Source: Dimorphilus gyrociliatus
Taxonomy: Eukaryota; Animalia; Annelida
Assembly (NCBI GenBank): GCA_904063045.1
Contig: CAJFCJ010000009.1
Location: 1,798,968-1,862,967 of the forward strand
DNA: 64,000 bases
Direction of reading: 5' to 3'
The notes under the pieces are model-generated. The model did not search any database, was not told the origin of the DNA, and saw only the letters and a list, made by a program, of their open reading frames with translations. Position 1 is the stretch's first letter. Every line of letters starts with the position of its first letter. The position numbers and the translations under genes are program-made. Of the stretch, positions 24,646-37,861 are shown piece after piece.

Positions 24646-26536
24646 TCAACAGTTGTTTATTGGTCTATATTTACTTTTTAATAAGCAGATCTTTGATGAA
24701 TTTGACAATTTATCTACATTATAATTAATTGAAGACATATCAATCTGAAAATACATAGTACATTCTAAGAGAGAAAAGTTTAAGCATATAATTCTACACT
24801 TATCTTCCAAACGACCCAATTTAGTACAATCTCTTAAATTGGTAGAATTAGTCTTGGATGAAAACGGTTCTGCTTTTGGCACGCAGGATATCTGTCGAAA
24901 AGCGAATATAAAATCATCATTACCACCCGACGTTGTTGTTTCACTATGTGTAGAGGTTTCAATGATTTTCATAGTGGTTGTTGGAATATTGGTTGTAGTA
25001 CCATCTTTCATTGTTGATGCAACTTTTGAGGTGATCTCCGGTAAAATTGTTGATGGTGTAAGAGCTTGCTTAGCTGCGTTCATTGCTGGTTTGATTGGCT
25101 CTTTAGGATTGTCCATTAATCGAAGATTTATAATAGCATTGTCATAATATATATCATTTTCCCCACTTTGAATATCTCCATTATGGTTTTCAATATGATA
25201 AATATGTAAGAAAGGTATAGTCATAGTTCTATTCAAATGGTTATGAATTGAGATGTTGTTTGTTGTAAAATTGGTTAAAAGTATTATTTTTATATCATTA
25301 TAAAGTAGATATTCATAACTTTTCCCATTATTAATATCAACAAAAAGCTTAATTGCTGAAAGAATTTTTATCGATTTAATGATAAAACGATTTTTACTAT
25401 TTAATACAAAAGAAAGAAAAATGCGCTTACCACTCCAAGCATGAGTTAATTTTTCATATAGCATCCTAGTCGCCGTAGACGTTACAGTAACAAATAAATT
25501 ACTGTTTCCATAGAATTTATACAGTGAACATTCCTCAAATTGAAAAGAGATAAAACTATTTGGAAGGAGAAAAGAATTAGAGGATGTAGAATGGAAACAT
25601 ATTTTAATTAATACCCGCAATTATTCACTGTAGAACAAGATCTCTGGCATTCGTATACTGAATCAACAAGATACATTGATATAAACTTTCCAGAAAGAAG
25701 GTTTCTCTCTTCAAAATAATCATCTTGAAAGAAATTAAAAATTGTTCGATTATTTAAATTGAAATGTAAATATATTTAAAGTTAACTTCGCCTTTTAACT
25801 TTCAATATTAACATATGAACAGAGTATTTATGAAAAAGTTCTCTCTTCCTTAATTCTTTGTCCGCAATTAGATCTTGGTGAAAGATATCGTTATAATCTT
25901 CAATTACATGTAATTTCCCAACTAAAGAGAATATTATCCAAGTATTCTGAAAATAACTTTGATGTTCTTGCGATATTAAATAAGCCCAGGGAATACCTCC
26001 GGTATTTACAGTTTCTAGATTGCTAATTGCTAATACAATAATAACATCATGTAGTAGAATACATACTGTATAGTATACAGTTTAGTATAAGGATTTATTA
26101 TATTTACTTAAAGAGTCATGAAATAGGAATATAATTGCATCAATATCTCTTATACTTCTATAATTTAGAATGTTCATTTTACAATTGCTGTCAAATTGAC
26201 TGGCCTGAAATATTTTTAATATAATAACATTATTGTTATTATTATAATTAGTAGGATCAAGTAAACACGAATGTTCGTTTGATGCTATAAATTCCGTAAC
26301 GCCTTTTACCTGTTATATGTTTTCTTTTTATTTAAATATATCAATAGTATTAACAATATATTACCTACTTTTAATAACTTTTCAACCATATGTTTATTAG
26401 TTGTTAAAACTTCACCATTTTGCGATAAAAACGGTGAGTTATTAGAAACAAGATGAAGATAAATAGTCTCATTTAAAATTGTAGATACAACTGCAAAATA
26501 TGAATAGAAATAGATAATATTAAATATAATAACCAT
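24646..26536 (-). CDS. Secreted PA-like / PAN-apple / mucin-stalk protein, paralogue E
   Basis: MVIIFNIIYFYSYFAVVSTILNETIYLH; HSC..NVIILKI..NC..IDAIIFLFHD|..GGIPWAY; PAN ECQRSCSTVNNC..EECSLY; long Thr stalk; PAN DCTKLGRLEDKC..ECTMY. Confidence 0.65.
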
Positions 26537-26899
26537 ATTTTTAAATAGTCGGTGTTTTTTTTCTATTCCACCAGATATTGTTAAACTAGCAAATAACGAA
26601 AGTTTATATCATATATATATATGTTGTCTCTATCTGTGTCACTTTTTATTATACTTTATATTAATAATAAATAACATCAATTGAAAAGTCAATATCGACT
26701 AGTTTAATTAGCAATTTTTTATATTAATTATTAATAATTCAATTAAACTTCTTTATTAACTTTAATAATTGTTTTATGTAAGATTTAAACACTTTCTATC
26801 TCTTTTTTCACTTTGATTACGTTAATTTTATTTAAATGTAATAAAAACAAAAAAAATCTATAAGTTTCTTATGTTTTTCTTAATTAAAAGCTAATAACT

Positions 26900-28272
26900 A
26901 TGCAATCTTTTAGATATCATAACTATGATAAACATTTTCAAGTTGATAATGACGATCTATTCTTCAATTTTAATAACGAAATAGGGGTTAGACTTTCATT
27001 TTATAGTTTTATTTACTAAATATATACAGATACTTAATATCGCTCTCGTAAATATTCAAACTATGTAGTGCAACAATCATAAAACGAAATTGTTACGTAA
27101 ACAAACTCCATGTTTCTATTGGAAAATAAAGAATAATGAATCTTCTAAGTGTAATTTAAAAATGAATAATTTATTCATAATTATAGTTAATATTTTAATT
27201 AGATGAGAAGAGGCAAACTGCTGAGAAAGACGTTTGTTGTGAAAAATTTGATAGTGTTTCAAACGTCTACGATCAACTTTTACAAACGACAATCGAGTTG
27301 GAGAAAAACTACAGAAATAATAAACGACTCTTTGATACTTTAAAGAGAGATAGAGAAGAATTTAATAATACTATTCAAAGTAGCTTTCAATCAACCTTAA
27401 AGCAATTATTACAAGTTAGAGAGACTTTGGAAAAGCTAACATCACAGATGGAAAAACTTGATGAAAATAGCAAATTGAATAATGAATGTTCTCTTCTACT
27501 GGACAAAAATCTTATTGAAATCTTTCAAAATATCATTAACGAGTATGGAGAGAAAGCTGGAAGTAACAAGAGAAATCTAGAAGAAGATGGTAATTCATTA
27601 AAGAACAAGATAACAATGAAGAGCGAAATAAATGATCTTTCGAATATATCAACAAAGGAACGAATTTGTACTCATGATAAAAAAGATGAAGAGTCAAAAA
27701 TCATTGACTATCATTTCACAGAATTTCCAAAAATAGATTTTCAGGGAAATTTATCATACTTAGAAAAGTTTGCTACACCCTTTAAAGAGTCTAATGAACT
27801 GTTTAAAGAAAAAAAAGGACTTATTAATCACTTAACAAAGTTATCTCAATCAATTATTGACTTTTTCAACAATTACGTTGGAAAGCCGTACATACGAACA
27901 AACTTTCCTAAAATGATCTATATGTTGCCAATTACTCAATATACTGGAAATCTAAGAAATATATGGAATATACCAAAGAAAGATTCATCTGATTATCAAG
28001 AGAGAAATTCTAATACAATTGAACCAATAGATTGTATTAAAAGTGCATCGAAAGATAAGAATATAGATAATAATTCGCAATCATCGCAATCATATTTTGA
28101 GTTACCTCAAATTACATCTAACCCAGATCCATCCGATGGAAGAGACAATGAATATTTTGATGATCGAATGTCTAAAAGTTCAGAAAATTCTGAAACAGTT
28201 GATTTAATACAAATTAATACATTTTATAACGAAGATATCAGTATAAGTTTATATTTAGAAGATTCAATGTAA
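26900..28272 (+). CDS. Hypothetical coiled-coil protein (start exon uncertain)
   Basis: 324-codon open terminal exon with heptad-rich LKQLLQVRETLEKLTSQMEKLDE. Upstream exons are inferred from GT/AG sites. No family recognised. Confidence 0.5.
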
Positions 28273-28780
28273 AGTAAAAAGTAGATAAAAACTTAAGGTC
28301 AAGTTCGTAGAAGAAGAAGAAGAAGAAGAAAAAGTTCCTTTTATATTTAACCAGAAAAAATTGATTCTCCTATTGGTGACAAGCACTCAAATATTTATTG
28401 ATAGATACATCATTAATATTGAGGAATCTCTATTGCATTTTTATAATTCTAATGATCGTAATGAATCTTATTTTTTGTATGTGAAAGTTGTTTTATTTTC
28501 TCAAATACAAGTATTACCAGAGTGGGGGAGAAAGTTTGGCAATTTTTGGGTTGTTTACCCTAACCCTAACTCTACGGTTAATCAAGTTCTTTTCATTTTA
28601 TTTCCCCTAACACTCAGTCCATAGCTTAACCAAAACCCTAAAGTGTTCACTTTTTTTGTTTATCATTCTATACAGTGAATATTTAAAATGTAATTAAATC
28701 TCTCATAAGTCTTTATGAGTCATAAATTTATTCAAATTAGCTTATTAGAATTTTAATAGAATTGCTGTATATCTTTAAAG

Positions 28781-31446
28781 ATGGCTACTTTGGAAAAAGA
28801 AGTACCTGATTTAGGTCGAATAGCGGAAGAGGCTAGATCGGTTTTAGCAATGCAACCTAAGAAAAGTATTTTAAAAGTTCGAGATCGGCCATTAGAGGCG
28901 CAATCTAAACTAGATATTCTTGTAAAGAGAGAGGAAAAATCTCAAATACAAATTATCAATGATAATAAAGAACAAACTATTGTACAAGAACAGCAAAAGA
29001 TACAAAACGAACTACAAAATGATCTTAAAAAAGCGTCTAAACTCAGCGTTGTCAATGATAAATCATCACAAAATGATAGGCGCGATTCAAAAGATAGTAC
29101 GGCCGAAGTTTTAGAATCTTTAAGAGATATTAATAAGGAGTTTGTTTCCGAAAGAAAGAGAAAGAGACGCCAATTGGTACGAACTTTGCAAGTCTTATAT
29201 CATATATTCAATTTTTTACTCTTGGTGTTGACTTGTATTAATTTAGGATTAACTTCAATTGCTTTATTCATAGAAATAAAATCGATGTATACTATTTTAA
29301 GGATAAATACCATTTATCCAAAAGAGCCGAGAACTTCTCTTCTTGAATGGACAGGATATTTCCAATTTTTTGCATGTTTAATAGATGTTTGTATATCTGC
29401 AATAGGATTTAAAGGAACTAAAAAGACGGTTATAGCCCATATAAGCGTCCTATGTCTTTTCTTCTTTAATCAACCTATTATCATTGTTATGTTTATTCTA
29501 TATAAAGATTTAGCTGATAACTATTTAAAATTGCATATGCTTAATATGATTAAATATAATTATCGACAAGACGATGAAACTCAAATTGTAACTTATAATG
29601 AAACGTCTAAGTTTGGCATCAATAATTATGCGAAACAATGGAATTATTTACAATCAAAGGTTAGTTCATTTTTCTTTAATGAAAAAGTATGAAATTAGAT
29701 GCTTTCTTTTACAGTATAAATGCTGCGGTGTACTTCATCCTAACGATTATTGGAATAGGACAAATTACAATTTCTTTTTCGTATTTAATCAAACTTTTAT
29801 GGTATAAAGATATTACTTTAAGAAATCCTTTAAAATACTGACATATTTCATTCAATTATTTCAATTCTTATACAGAAAAGAGGTAAAATTCCGGCATCTT
29901 GCTGTAAAAAATCCCATAATCCCAATAATCTGCTAAATTATTTGGAAGATAAAGACGCTAAAAATTGTCTAAATAATACATTGTTTGTTTACGAAAGAGG
30001 TTGCTTTAAAATTATGCAAATTAGATTACAAACTTATTCGGATATAGTTAAATCATTTACAATTTCAACAATTCTTCTCAAGGTAAATAACTTTCAGTTT
30101 AACTTCTACTTATTAATATTTAAATATATTCATATATATTCAAATAGATTATGCTGATTATTACTGCAGTTTACTATCTAAGAAAGTTAAGGAGGCCTAT
30201 AAAACGGAGAAAATTAATATATGATACTAATTCGAGTGATTTGAATACAGCGGAAGTTGAAGAAGAGGAAGACGAAGATGACATGCAAGATATGTCAAAA
30301 ACAGGATCCAAAAATGATTTATCATCTTTAATGGAAAACATAGCGGCATCTGGAGCTGATGGTAATATTCTACCGTTTTTATTACCATTTTTAACACAGT
30401 ATCAAATGATGAATCCTGCTTGGCAAAGGAAGATAAGAAATTTGCAAAAAATTACTGCGCTAAACGCTCAAATGCAACTAGAAAAGTTACAAGAAGAGGA
30501 AGCAGCTAGAAAAAGGAAGGAAAAAACGAAAGAGATCAAGGAGCAGGTTCAGGAAGGAGGAAATGTTTTATTAGAAGATGAAAATATGAATGACAAACAA
30601 AAGAACAAACCTCCAAAGTCTGTTACAAATAAAGGAAAATTGAAAAAAGAAACTAAAACAAAATCCACAGAAGAAACGAAAGGTGTTGCTAAATCTGGAA
30701 TAAGCCCGAAGAATGACAAGTCAAAAGCAAAAGTAGAAAGTGATAAATTGGCTGTTGAAGATGTTAAAATTGATATACAGGAATCTAAAGAAAAGGTAGA
30801 ATTTGAAAAAAAAGACGACACGGAATCAAATTTAATTGCTAAAGACAAGTTAAAAACATCTGAAAGGAAGAAGGAAGACGATAAAAATATTGAAGATAAA
30901 ATTGAAAAGAAGAAAAGTGACGCCTCCATAGGTTCTATGGCAAAAAGGAGATCCGAAAGATATCTGGATAGATTAACTAAGCAAAAAAGTAGTCAAAGGT
31001 TACCGTTCGATCTAACGGATAGAGAAAGACGGTCCCTTTTTCCTAAATACTCGAGAAGAACTTTAGATTTATATAAAGAAGATTCTAGGAAAGTGGAAAC
31101 AATTGATCAGATTATAAACGAGGCAACGACTACAATAAAAAATGACCAGGATAGAATAAAAAATCTTAGTACTCTGGGAAAATTGGGCGTCAAGAAGCAA
31201 GAAAGCACATTTACATGGAGAACGTCCAGCAGAGCCGATCTTTTCCAAATGAAAACAGATAATCCAATGAAAAAAAGATCTTTCTTTAAAGATCAAAGTG
31301 AACAGTTACTAGCGGATAGAGACTTTGAAAAGAAAAGACAAGAGAGCGAAGCTCATCTCCAAGAGCTATTAGAGAGAATGAAGAAAACTGCTTCAAACTT
31401 TAGGTTGCAAAGAAGATTTTCAAAAGATCAGGATACACCTAAATGA
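28781..31446 (+). CDS. Tetraspanin with long N- and C-terminal cytoplasmic extensions
   Basis: Four hydrophobic segments; large loop with WNYLQSK|YKCCG, IPASCC and GC; about 135 aa before TM1 and about 420 aa of charged tail after TM4. Confidence 0.85.
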
Positions 31447-31596
31447 TTAATTAGAATATTTAATTACGCTATAAATATTAAATTGTTTTTTGTTGGTGTT
31501 TCTTTTATAAAGATTTACTACAAAATTTGCATATTAATTTGAATATTTAAATTTTGATTCTTTTTCTTATTTTATATTTTTAACACAAAAATATAG

Positions 31597-32124
31597 ATGA
31601 TGCTATACTTTAGATATATATTTATATATGTATTTCTTCAATTTTGGCCTATCTTCCCGAGAATTATTCAAGTTAATGAAACTACTATATTAACAGTGAC
31701 AAAGTAAAAAGCTAAAGAAAAAAGATATATAAATATTAATTTAACTTATGAATATTCATTTTTAAGCTTTAATCTTTTTAGCAATTATACGAATGAAAAT
31801 ACGTCGTATATTAATAATACAACTACAGATATAATAAATAAATTGGGTCATAATTTAACGAAAATTAATAAAACTGAAACAACAATAAATAGCGATCTTT
31901 GGCCTAATAATAAATATATTCTCAACCATCTACCACCTAGAAAGCATGTACTTATTCCATCTGGTGTTATTAAATTCAAACTTTTATTAATGACTATTTC
32001 TTTAAATACTTTTGTTATTACTATGGTATTTTCAGCCTATATTTACATAAAAAAAATAAATTGCGAAACTAGCGACGATCTGTCCAATGAGAATTGTTTG
32101 GAAGCTGGAAAGGACCATAACTAA
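31597..32124 (+). CDS. Possible small N-glycosylated single-pass membrane protein
   Basis: Hydrophobic N-terminus, several N-x-S/T sites and a TM-like LLMTISLNTFVITMVFSAYIYI followed by KK. The exons could not be joined cleanly in one frame. Confidence 0.25.
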
Positions 32125-32509
32125 CATCTTTCTTTGTTATTATTAAATTTTAGGGGAAAAAATGAATGATTGAAATACGTTTGAATTTTATTTGTTTATT
32201 TGTTTTTATTTTTTATTCATAAATATGTGAATTGTATTTTTGTTTTTCAATTCAACTGAACAGTTTCTTCTTTTGAGATAAATAAAATAAATACTGAATT
32301 CTGGACGGATATTTTAAATGTTCATATCTGTTTTCAATGAGTTTAACAATATCAACATTTAAAAAATAAATGGCTCGGTAAAGGATTACTTTAAAGATTA
32401 AACATCTATGAATAATCAATCGTTGGTAGAAGAGACAAGAAGAGAAAGAGAGAAAGACAGAAAGATAGAACACCGAAGAATAGTAGTAATAATTAAAATA
32501 TTCAAACTT

Positions 32510-35500
32510 TCATTGAATAGAACATATTCGACTCTCTCGTACTTGTTGCTTTGGAGGGATTTTTTCAAGTTGTACCTTTAATTCATCAAGTTTTTGTTCT
32601 AAGCTTCCAATCTGCTGTCGATACATTTCTTCCATTTCGGCTGTTTTTTTCTCAGAATCACTGCGAATATCAGCGACAGCTTTGGCTGCATCATCTACAA
32701 CTTTGCGCAAATGCTGATCCGTCTCCTCTTTGTCCTTTTTTAATTTTTCTACCTGTGAAGCTATGGCATCTATTTCAATACTGGCTTTTGGCGTAGCATC
32801 TCCTTCGCTCTGCGAACTACTTAAACAAGATTAATTAATAGGTCACATGTAAAAATAAAATTCTTATATAAAAACAAACCTCTTTGCTTTCGATTTACTT
32901 TTATGTCTTATTTTCGTTGTTGACGAAGGACCAGCCTTCGATTTAGTAGGAATTAAATTTTGAGCATTTGAAGAATTTCTCTTATAAATTGGAGGTCTTT
33001 GAGATTTGCTAAAAACAAACATTTAAAAAGATAAATAAATGTTGATATAGTGATAAACCAAACCTATCATCTCCACTAGTATCCTTAGGCTCTAAACTTT
33101 CGTACTTATTATTCATCCGTTCATCTATGGAATTTCCGTTTGTTCGTTTGTCAACATTAGCAAGAAAATTATTTCGATCTTCTTCATTCGTTGAAAGGTC
33201 TACTTCCTTTTGCAGCCATGTTGGAAGCTATTAGATTGAAATTAATAGAAAAATGTATCAAGTCCTTATCCTTTATATAGTATTTAAACAGAAAACTTAC
33301 TGGTCCACTATTATCCATTTCGCTAGAAGAGAGCTCATCTCCTCCGTCCCTACTCGAAGCCGACATTCTAGTCGGTCTTGATATGTTTACACCTGAATCA
33401 TCGGTAAAGGATGTAGTACTTTTTTCTCGTAGAAAGTTTCTCCGTCTCTTCTTTTTTCTTGTTGACGGGGGAGGGGGTGCTGTTGTTTCCACTTGAAGGA
33501 ACAACTTGTTTTCGTTGCATATTAAATTCGATAGAGTTACAGTCTCCCCATCCGGACTGTGTGCTCCGGATGAATCAAGATATAAAACTGGAGTTGGTTT
33601 TAGCACTAGATCGTCCCGCGATTGAGAATCGTGTCTTTCTCTAGCGGATACAGACGTTGATCTTTTCAAAGCTGCTTGTGTGGTACTCGGATCAGAATTT
33701 AACTGAGTATCAGATTCAATAGGTTCTTTTTCAGGTAGAACTGGTTGGCTAGCAGATCTATACATTTAGATAAAAGAAAAACTCATAAACAATATTATCC
33801 AATGAGCGATTTAATTTACTTTACCTTGTCAATTGAGAAACTAAAGGATAGGAAACTGGATCTGGATCGTGTCTATATTTCCTCCCCCACCTAACAATCT
33901 CATTTTTATGAGTAACAGCAACAGAATAGCTTGGACCACACTTGACTATTGTAGCAGGTGAACTTTCAAAGAATTTAATTAAAACGCACTCTTTTTGAGA
34001 TTTCGTGTCTCCCATTCCTAATTGTCCGACGGAGTTCTTTCCAAACGTGATTATTCTACCACCTTCTAATAAAACAGCTGTATGCGTGTCTCCCATAGAA
34101 ATGCTCTTAATACAATGCCTAGCTAAAGATCTAACACACACAAACGTAGAAGTTCCATCAATATCGGTTTTAGCGAATATATTTTTCATAGCCATTAAAA
34201 ATCCTTGACGTTCGTTTAAAGCTAATTTATTATGTAAATTTGAGCCACATGCGTAAACTGAACCTAAATCTGTTACAATCATAGTTCCATCACGTCCACA
34301 ATTTGCAGATTTAACGGAAATATTTTCAGAAAATTTTACAACTTCTGGGGAAAAAATTGTCTTTTCGTGACCCAGACCTGTTCTTCCATTATCTCCACAA
34401 CCCCAAGAATAAAGTTTTCCTTCTCGTTCAACAGCAACGACATGTCTTGGACCACAAGCAACGTGTAAAATATCAACTGACAATAGCTCCTCAACTAAAC
34501 GTGGTTTAGAAATGCTTGCCATATCTTTATGTCCCAAGCAACCGAATGAACCATCCCCGCAAGTCATTATAAGACCATTATCACTTCCAAAAACTGAGAA
34601 CGAGCTCCCAGCGCACAAACGTACAATTGATTTATTTTTAAGACCATCGACTGTTTGCGGTCGAAATTTTTTCTGAGTATCTCCATGACCAAGTTGTCCG
34701 TATTCATTACAACCCCAACTATAAACGCAATGTTCAACGGTCACAACAATAATATGATCTCTTCCAACAGCCATCTAAGGAAAGCAGTTATAAATTATTA
34801 TTAACGTACTCTAAGAACAACAATTTGGGAACAAACATCTTTTATTTTCACTTTGGAGGGTAGAGGAACTGGTACAAGAGAAACGTCTATAGCATCCATT
34901 TTAAAGAAGTATAGTACAGATCTGAAATTAATTAATTAATTTTCTAAAACATTAAACAAATGAACAAACTAATAAAACAATATTTAAACAACGCATTAGA
35001 TATTTGACAATATTTTTACAATTTATATTATATAAAATGATAAATTCAAGTGAAAATGTATTGATATATTAAGTGACATGCAGTGCTCTTACAACACGAA
35101 AATAAATCTTACCTGTGCACTGCCGAATCCAAAAACGAAAGGCTAAGAATTTCATATATTATAATCTAATAAAATTTTTCAATTTACACTTTAAATCAAG
35201 TGGAAAAAAAAGCAAAAAAAGTAACTTAACTTTAAAAAGCTACATTATAATTCGTACCTGTTTGATCTTAATCTGGATTCTTGCGTTAAGCCTTCTTCCG
35301 AAACGGTTTGGCGAAATTTTGATAATAGCTATCATAATATATTTATTTAATTAGTATAAATTATAATAGATTTTGTCTTTTTTGTTTACTTCTGGTACTC
35401 TTTTCTTATGTAATTCTAAAGCAGTTGGCCGAAACTCTGGCTCTTTTTGTAGCATATCACTTATTAATGTTTTAAATTCATTGGAGTAGCTTCCTTTCAC

Positions 35501-37861
35501 AGGTTCGAACTTTCCCTTTAATAGTATTATATATTCAATATATACAGTACATACTAAAAAAACATTAATCAATAGCATACCTTCATAATTTTATTAACTA
35601 ACGCAGGTAGATTCGAGCCTTCAAAAGTTCTTTGTAAACAAGCCATTTCATATAGAATACAACCAAGGGCCCATATATCTGATTTTTCATTATAGGGTTT
35701 TCCCTCGCACTACAAAAGACAAACAATCATATATCATTAATCACTGGTTAATAGTTCTTATTAATATATAGTCAAAAAAAAAACAAACCATCTCTGGACT
35801 TATATAATAAGGTGTACCGAGGACAGTATTCGCAGCTTTATGAGTTGTCATCACTTTACTTATTCCAAAATCTCCTATTTTACAGTGTCCTTCTTTGGTT
35901 AAGAATATATTTTGAGTTTTTAAATCCCTGTCCGGAAAGTAAATAAATAAATGTGTATCGTGTGAAAATTATATGATAAGTTATTATACGTTTAATATTG
36001 ATTTATTGAATGAAAAATTATTACACCTAATTAACCCTACACGTCTACAGGAGTAAGAATTTCTAATGTTTCTCTACATTAGTGACAATTAGCAAGACTT
36101 TGATCTTAATCCTTTATACAGATGTATTTAATAGTACTTTGAAAGTATTATTGACTATGTCTCTCTCTCTCTCTCTCTCTAAACATTTTCCTCTCAACAT
36201 CTTAGGTAGACTTGAGATATATTAATGTTTTCATTTTAAGTATTTTACCTATGTAATGTTTTGCTCTTGTGTATATACATAATAGCAGATACAATTTCCT
36301 TAAACATGCCTAAGATCTTTTTCTCTTCTAAGGGATTATCCTGTTTGGCCAAGAATTGAGCAAGATTCCTATTGTGAGAAACAAACAAATAGATTGTTTT
36401 ATTAAATATATACTGTATATACAGTATATTAAAATAATAGTTACCCTCCATCGGCATATTCCATTTCAATAATAACTTTACCATCCTCCTCGAAACTATC
36501 ATAATAACTTATTATATGGGGATGATCTAGCTTAGCTAATACTTTAGCCTAGAACATTCAGATAAAAATAGATATATACATCAATATTCATTAAATAATG
36601 CTTTTTATATTCATAAACTTTACTTCGTTAAGGGCAAGTTGACGTTCTTGAGCATTCAAGTCTAATAAATTTATCTCTTTTAATATAACTAAAGAGTCGT
36701 CATCTTTCTTTCGATACAATATAGCTGCTCCATAGGCACCTGAAATAGCATATAGAAATTATAAACTGTAGTAGTTCCCATAAAGACTTTGTTATTCCAT
36801 TAATTACGTTAAATATTTAAGAGAAGTTAAAATAGAGCTTTTAAAAGACAATTTTAATGATTTATAGTTGATATAATAGAAATTATTATAAGATTTCCCA
36901 CCTTTTCCAACAGTACGAATTTTTTCAAAACCTGCCATTGGTTGAGATTTCCATGTCTTTAAACTACTACTTTTAAAATATAGATCACATACGGTTCTGT
37001 ATAGATAAAAAATGTAAAATAAAAGTTCTATATAATATTAAACACTAGTTAACAACCCTAGTGAAAATATCTCGTAACTTACACAGGCCTAGAACTATCA
37101 GTACTTCGAACAATAATATCTGATCCAGAAATATCTTTGGAAATTCCAACTGATATCTATAATAAATTAGAATGAAATAATCAAATATTATTAACAATAA
37201 TTAGTTTACAAACCCCTAAAAGACGCCTTAATTCTAATTTTAAGTCTTCTAAATTTGTTTTAGCATTGTTACAACCCAGTAAATCAAATCGTGCTCTTCC
37301 ATTATCATCGTCAATAAAATTGGATGTTAAATTCAAAAAAAACTCTTTCAGCGTATCATCGTTTGTGAGATTATCAAAATTAAGTATCTATAATCAGCAG
37401 AAAACCTTTAAACATTTAAATGATATTATTTCAATAATAAGTACTTTTTCATCAATTCCTGACAAACAGATCACCCCTGTTGAAGGATTTACGTAAGGTA
37501 CTATAGCGAAACTTTCAACTTTTCTCTTTGTTGCTAGGTGATGTATTGCATCTATTTAATGATAATATAAGAAATTTTACATATATAGAGAGTTTGTGTA
37601 TACATATACAATTTGATTAAATAGTAATAACTACTTACCAGAAATACCTCCAAGGTTTAACTCATACTTATATACAATAGAATTAACTGAAGAATGGACC
37701 ACAGACGATAACGTGGAGGCATTTTTTACTTTACTGCAGACTATTAATAATCTTGAAACTTTCCTGGCACTTCTCTTCGGGTTAATCTCCTCTTGATAAT
37801 TGTCATCATCTCTAAATTGATTTATATAATTGTTATCTTCTCTGTCAGAGTGATTGCTCAT
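32510..37861 (-). CDS. NEK8/NEK9-type kinase: DUF4347-like N-terminus, kinase, RCC1 repeats, coiled coil, CaaX
   Basis: GKG|AYG, LH|RDLKTQNIFL, KIGDFGISK, GTPYYISPEM|CEGKPYNEKSDIWALG; RCC1 repeats (WGCNEYGQLGHG, FGKNSVGQLGMG); in-frame upstream exons; ends SRICSIQ*. Confidence 0.9.
36159..36180. repeat. (CT)n microsatellite in a NEK intron
   Basis: Direct reading. Confidence 0.9.
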
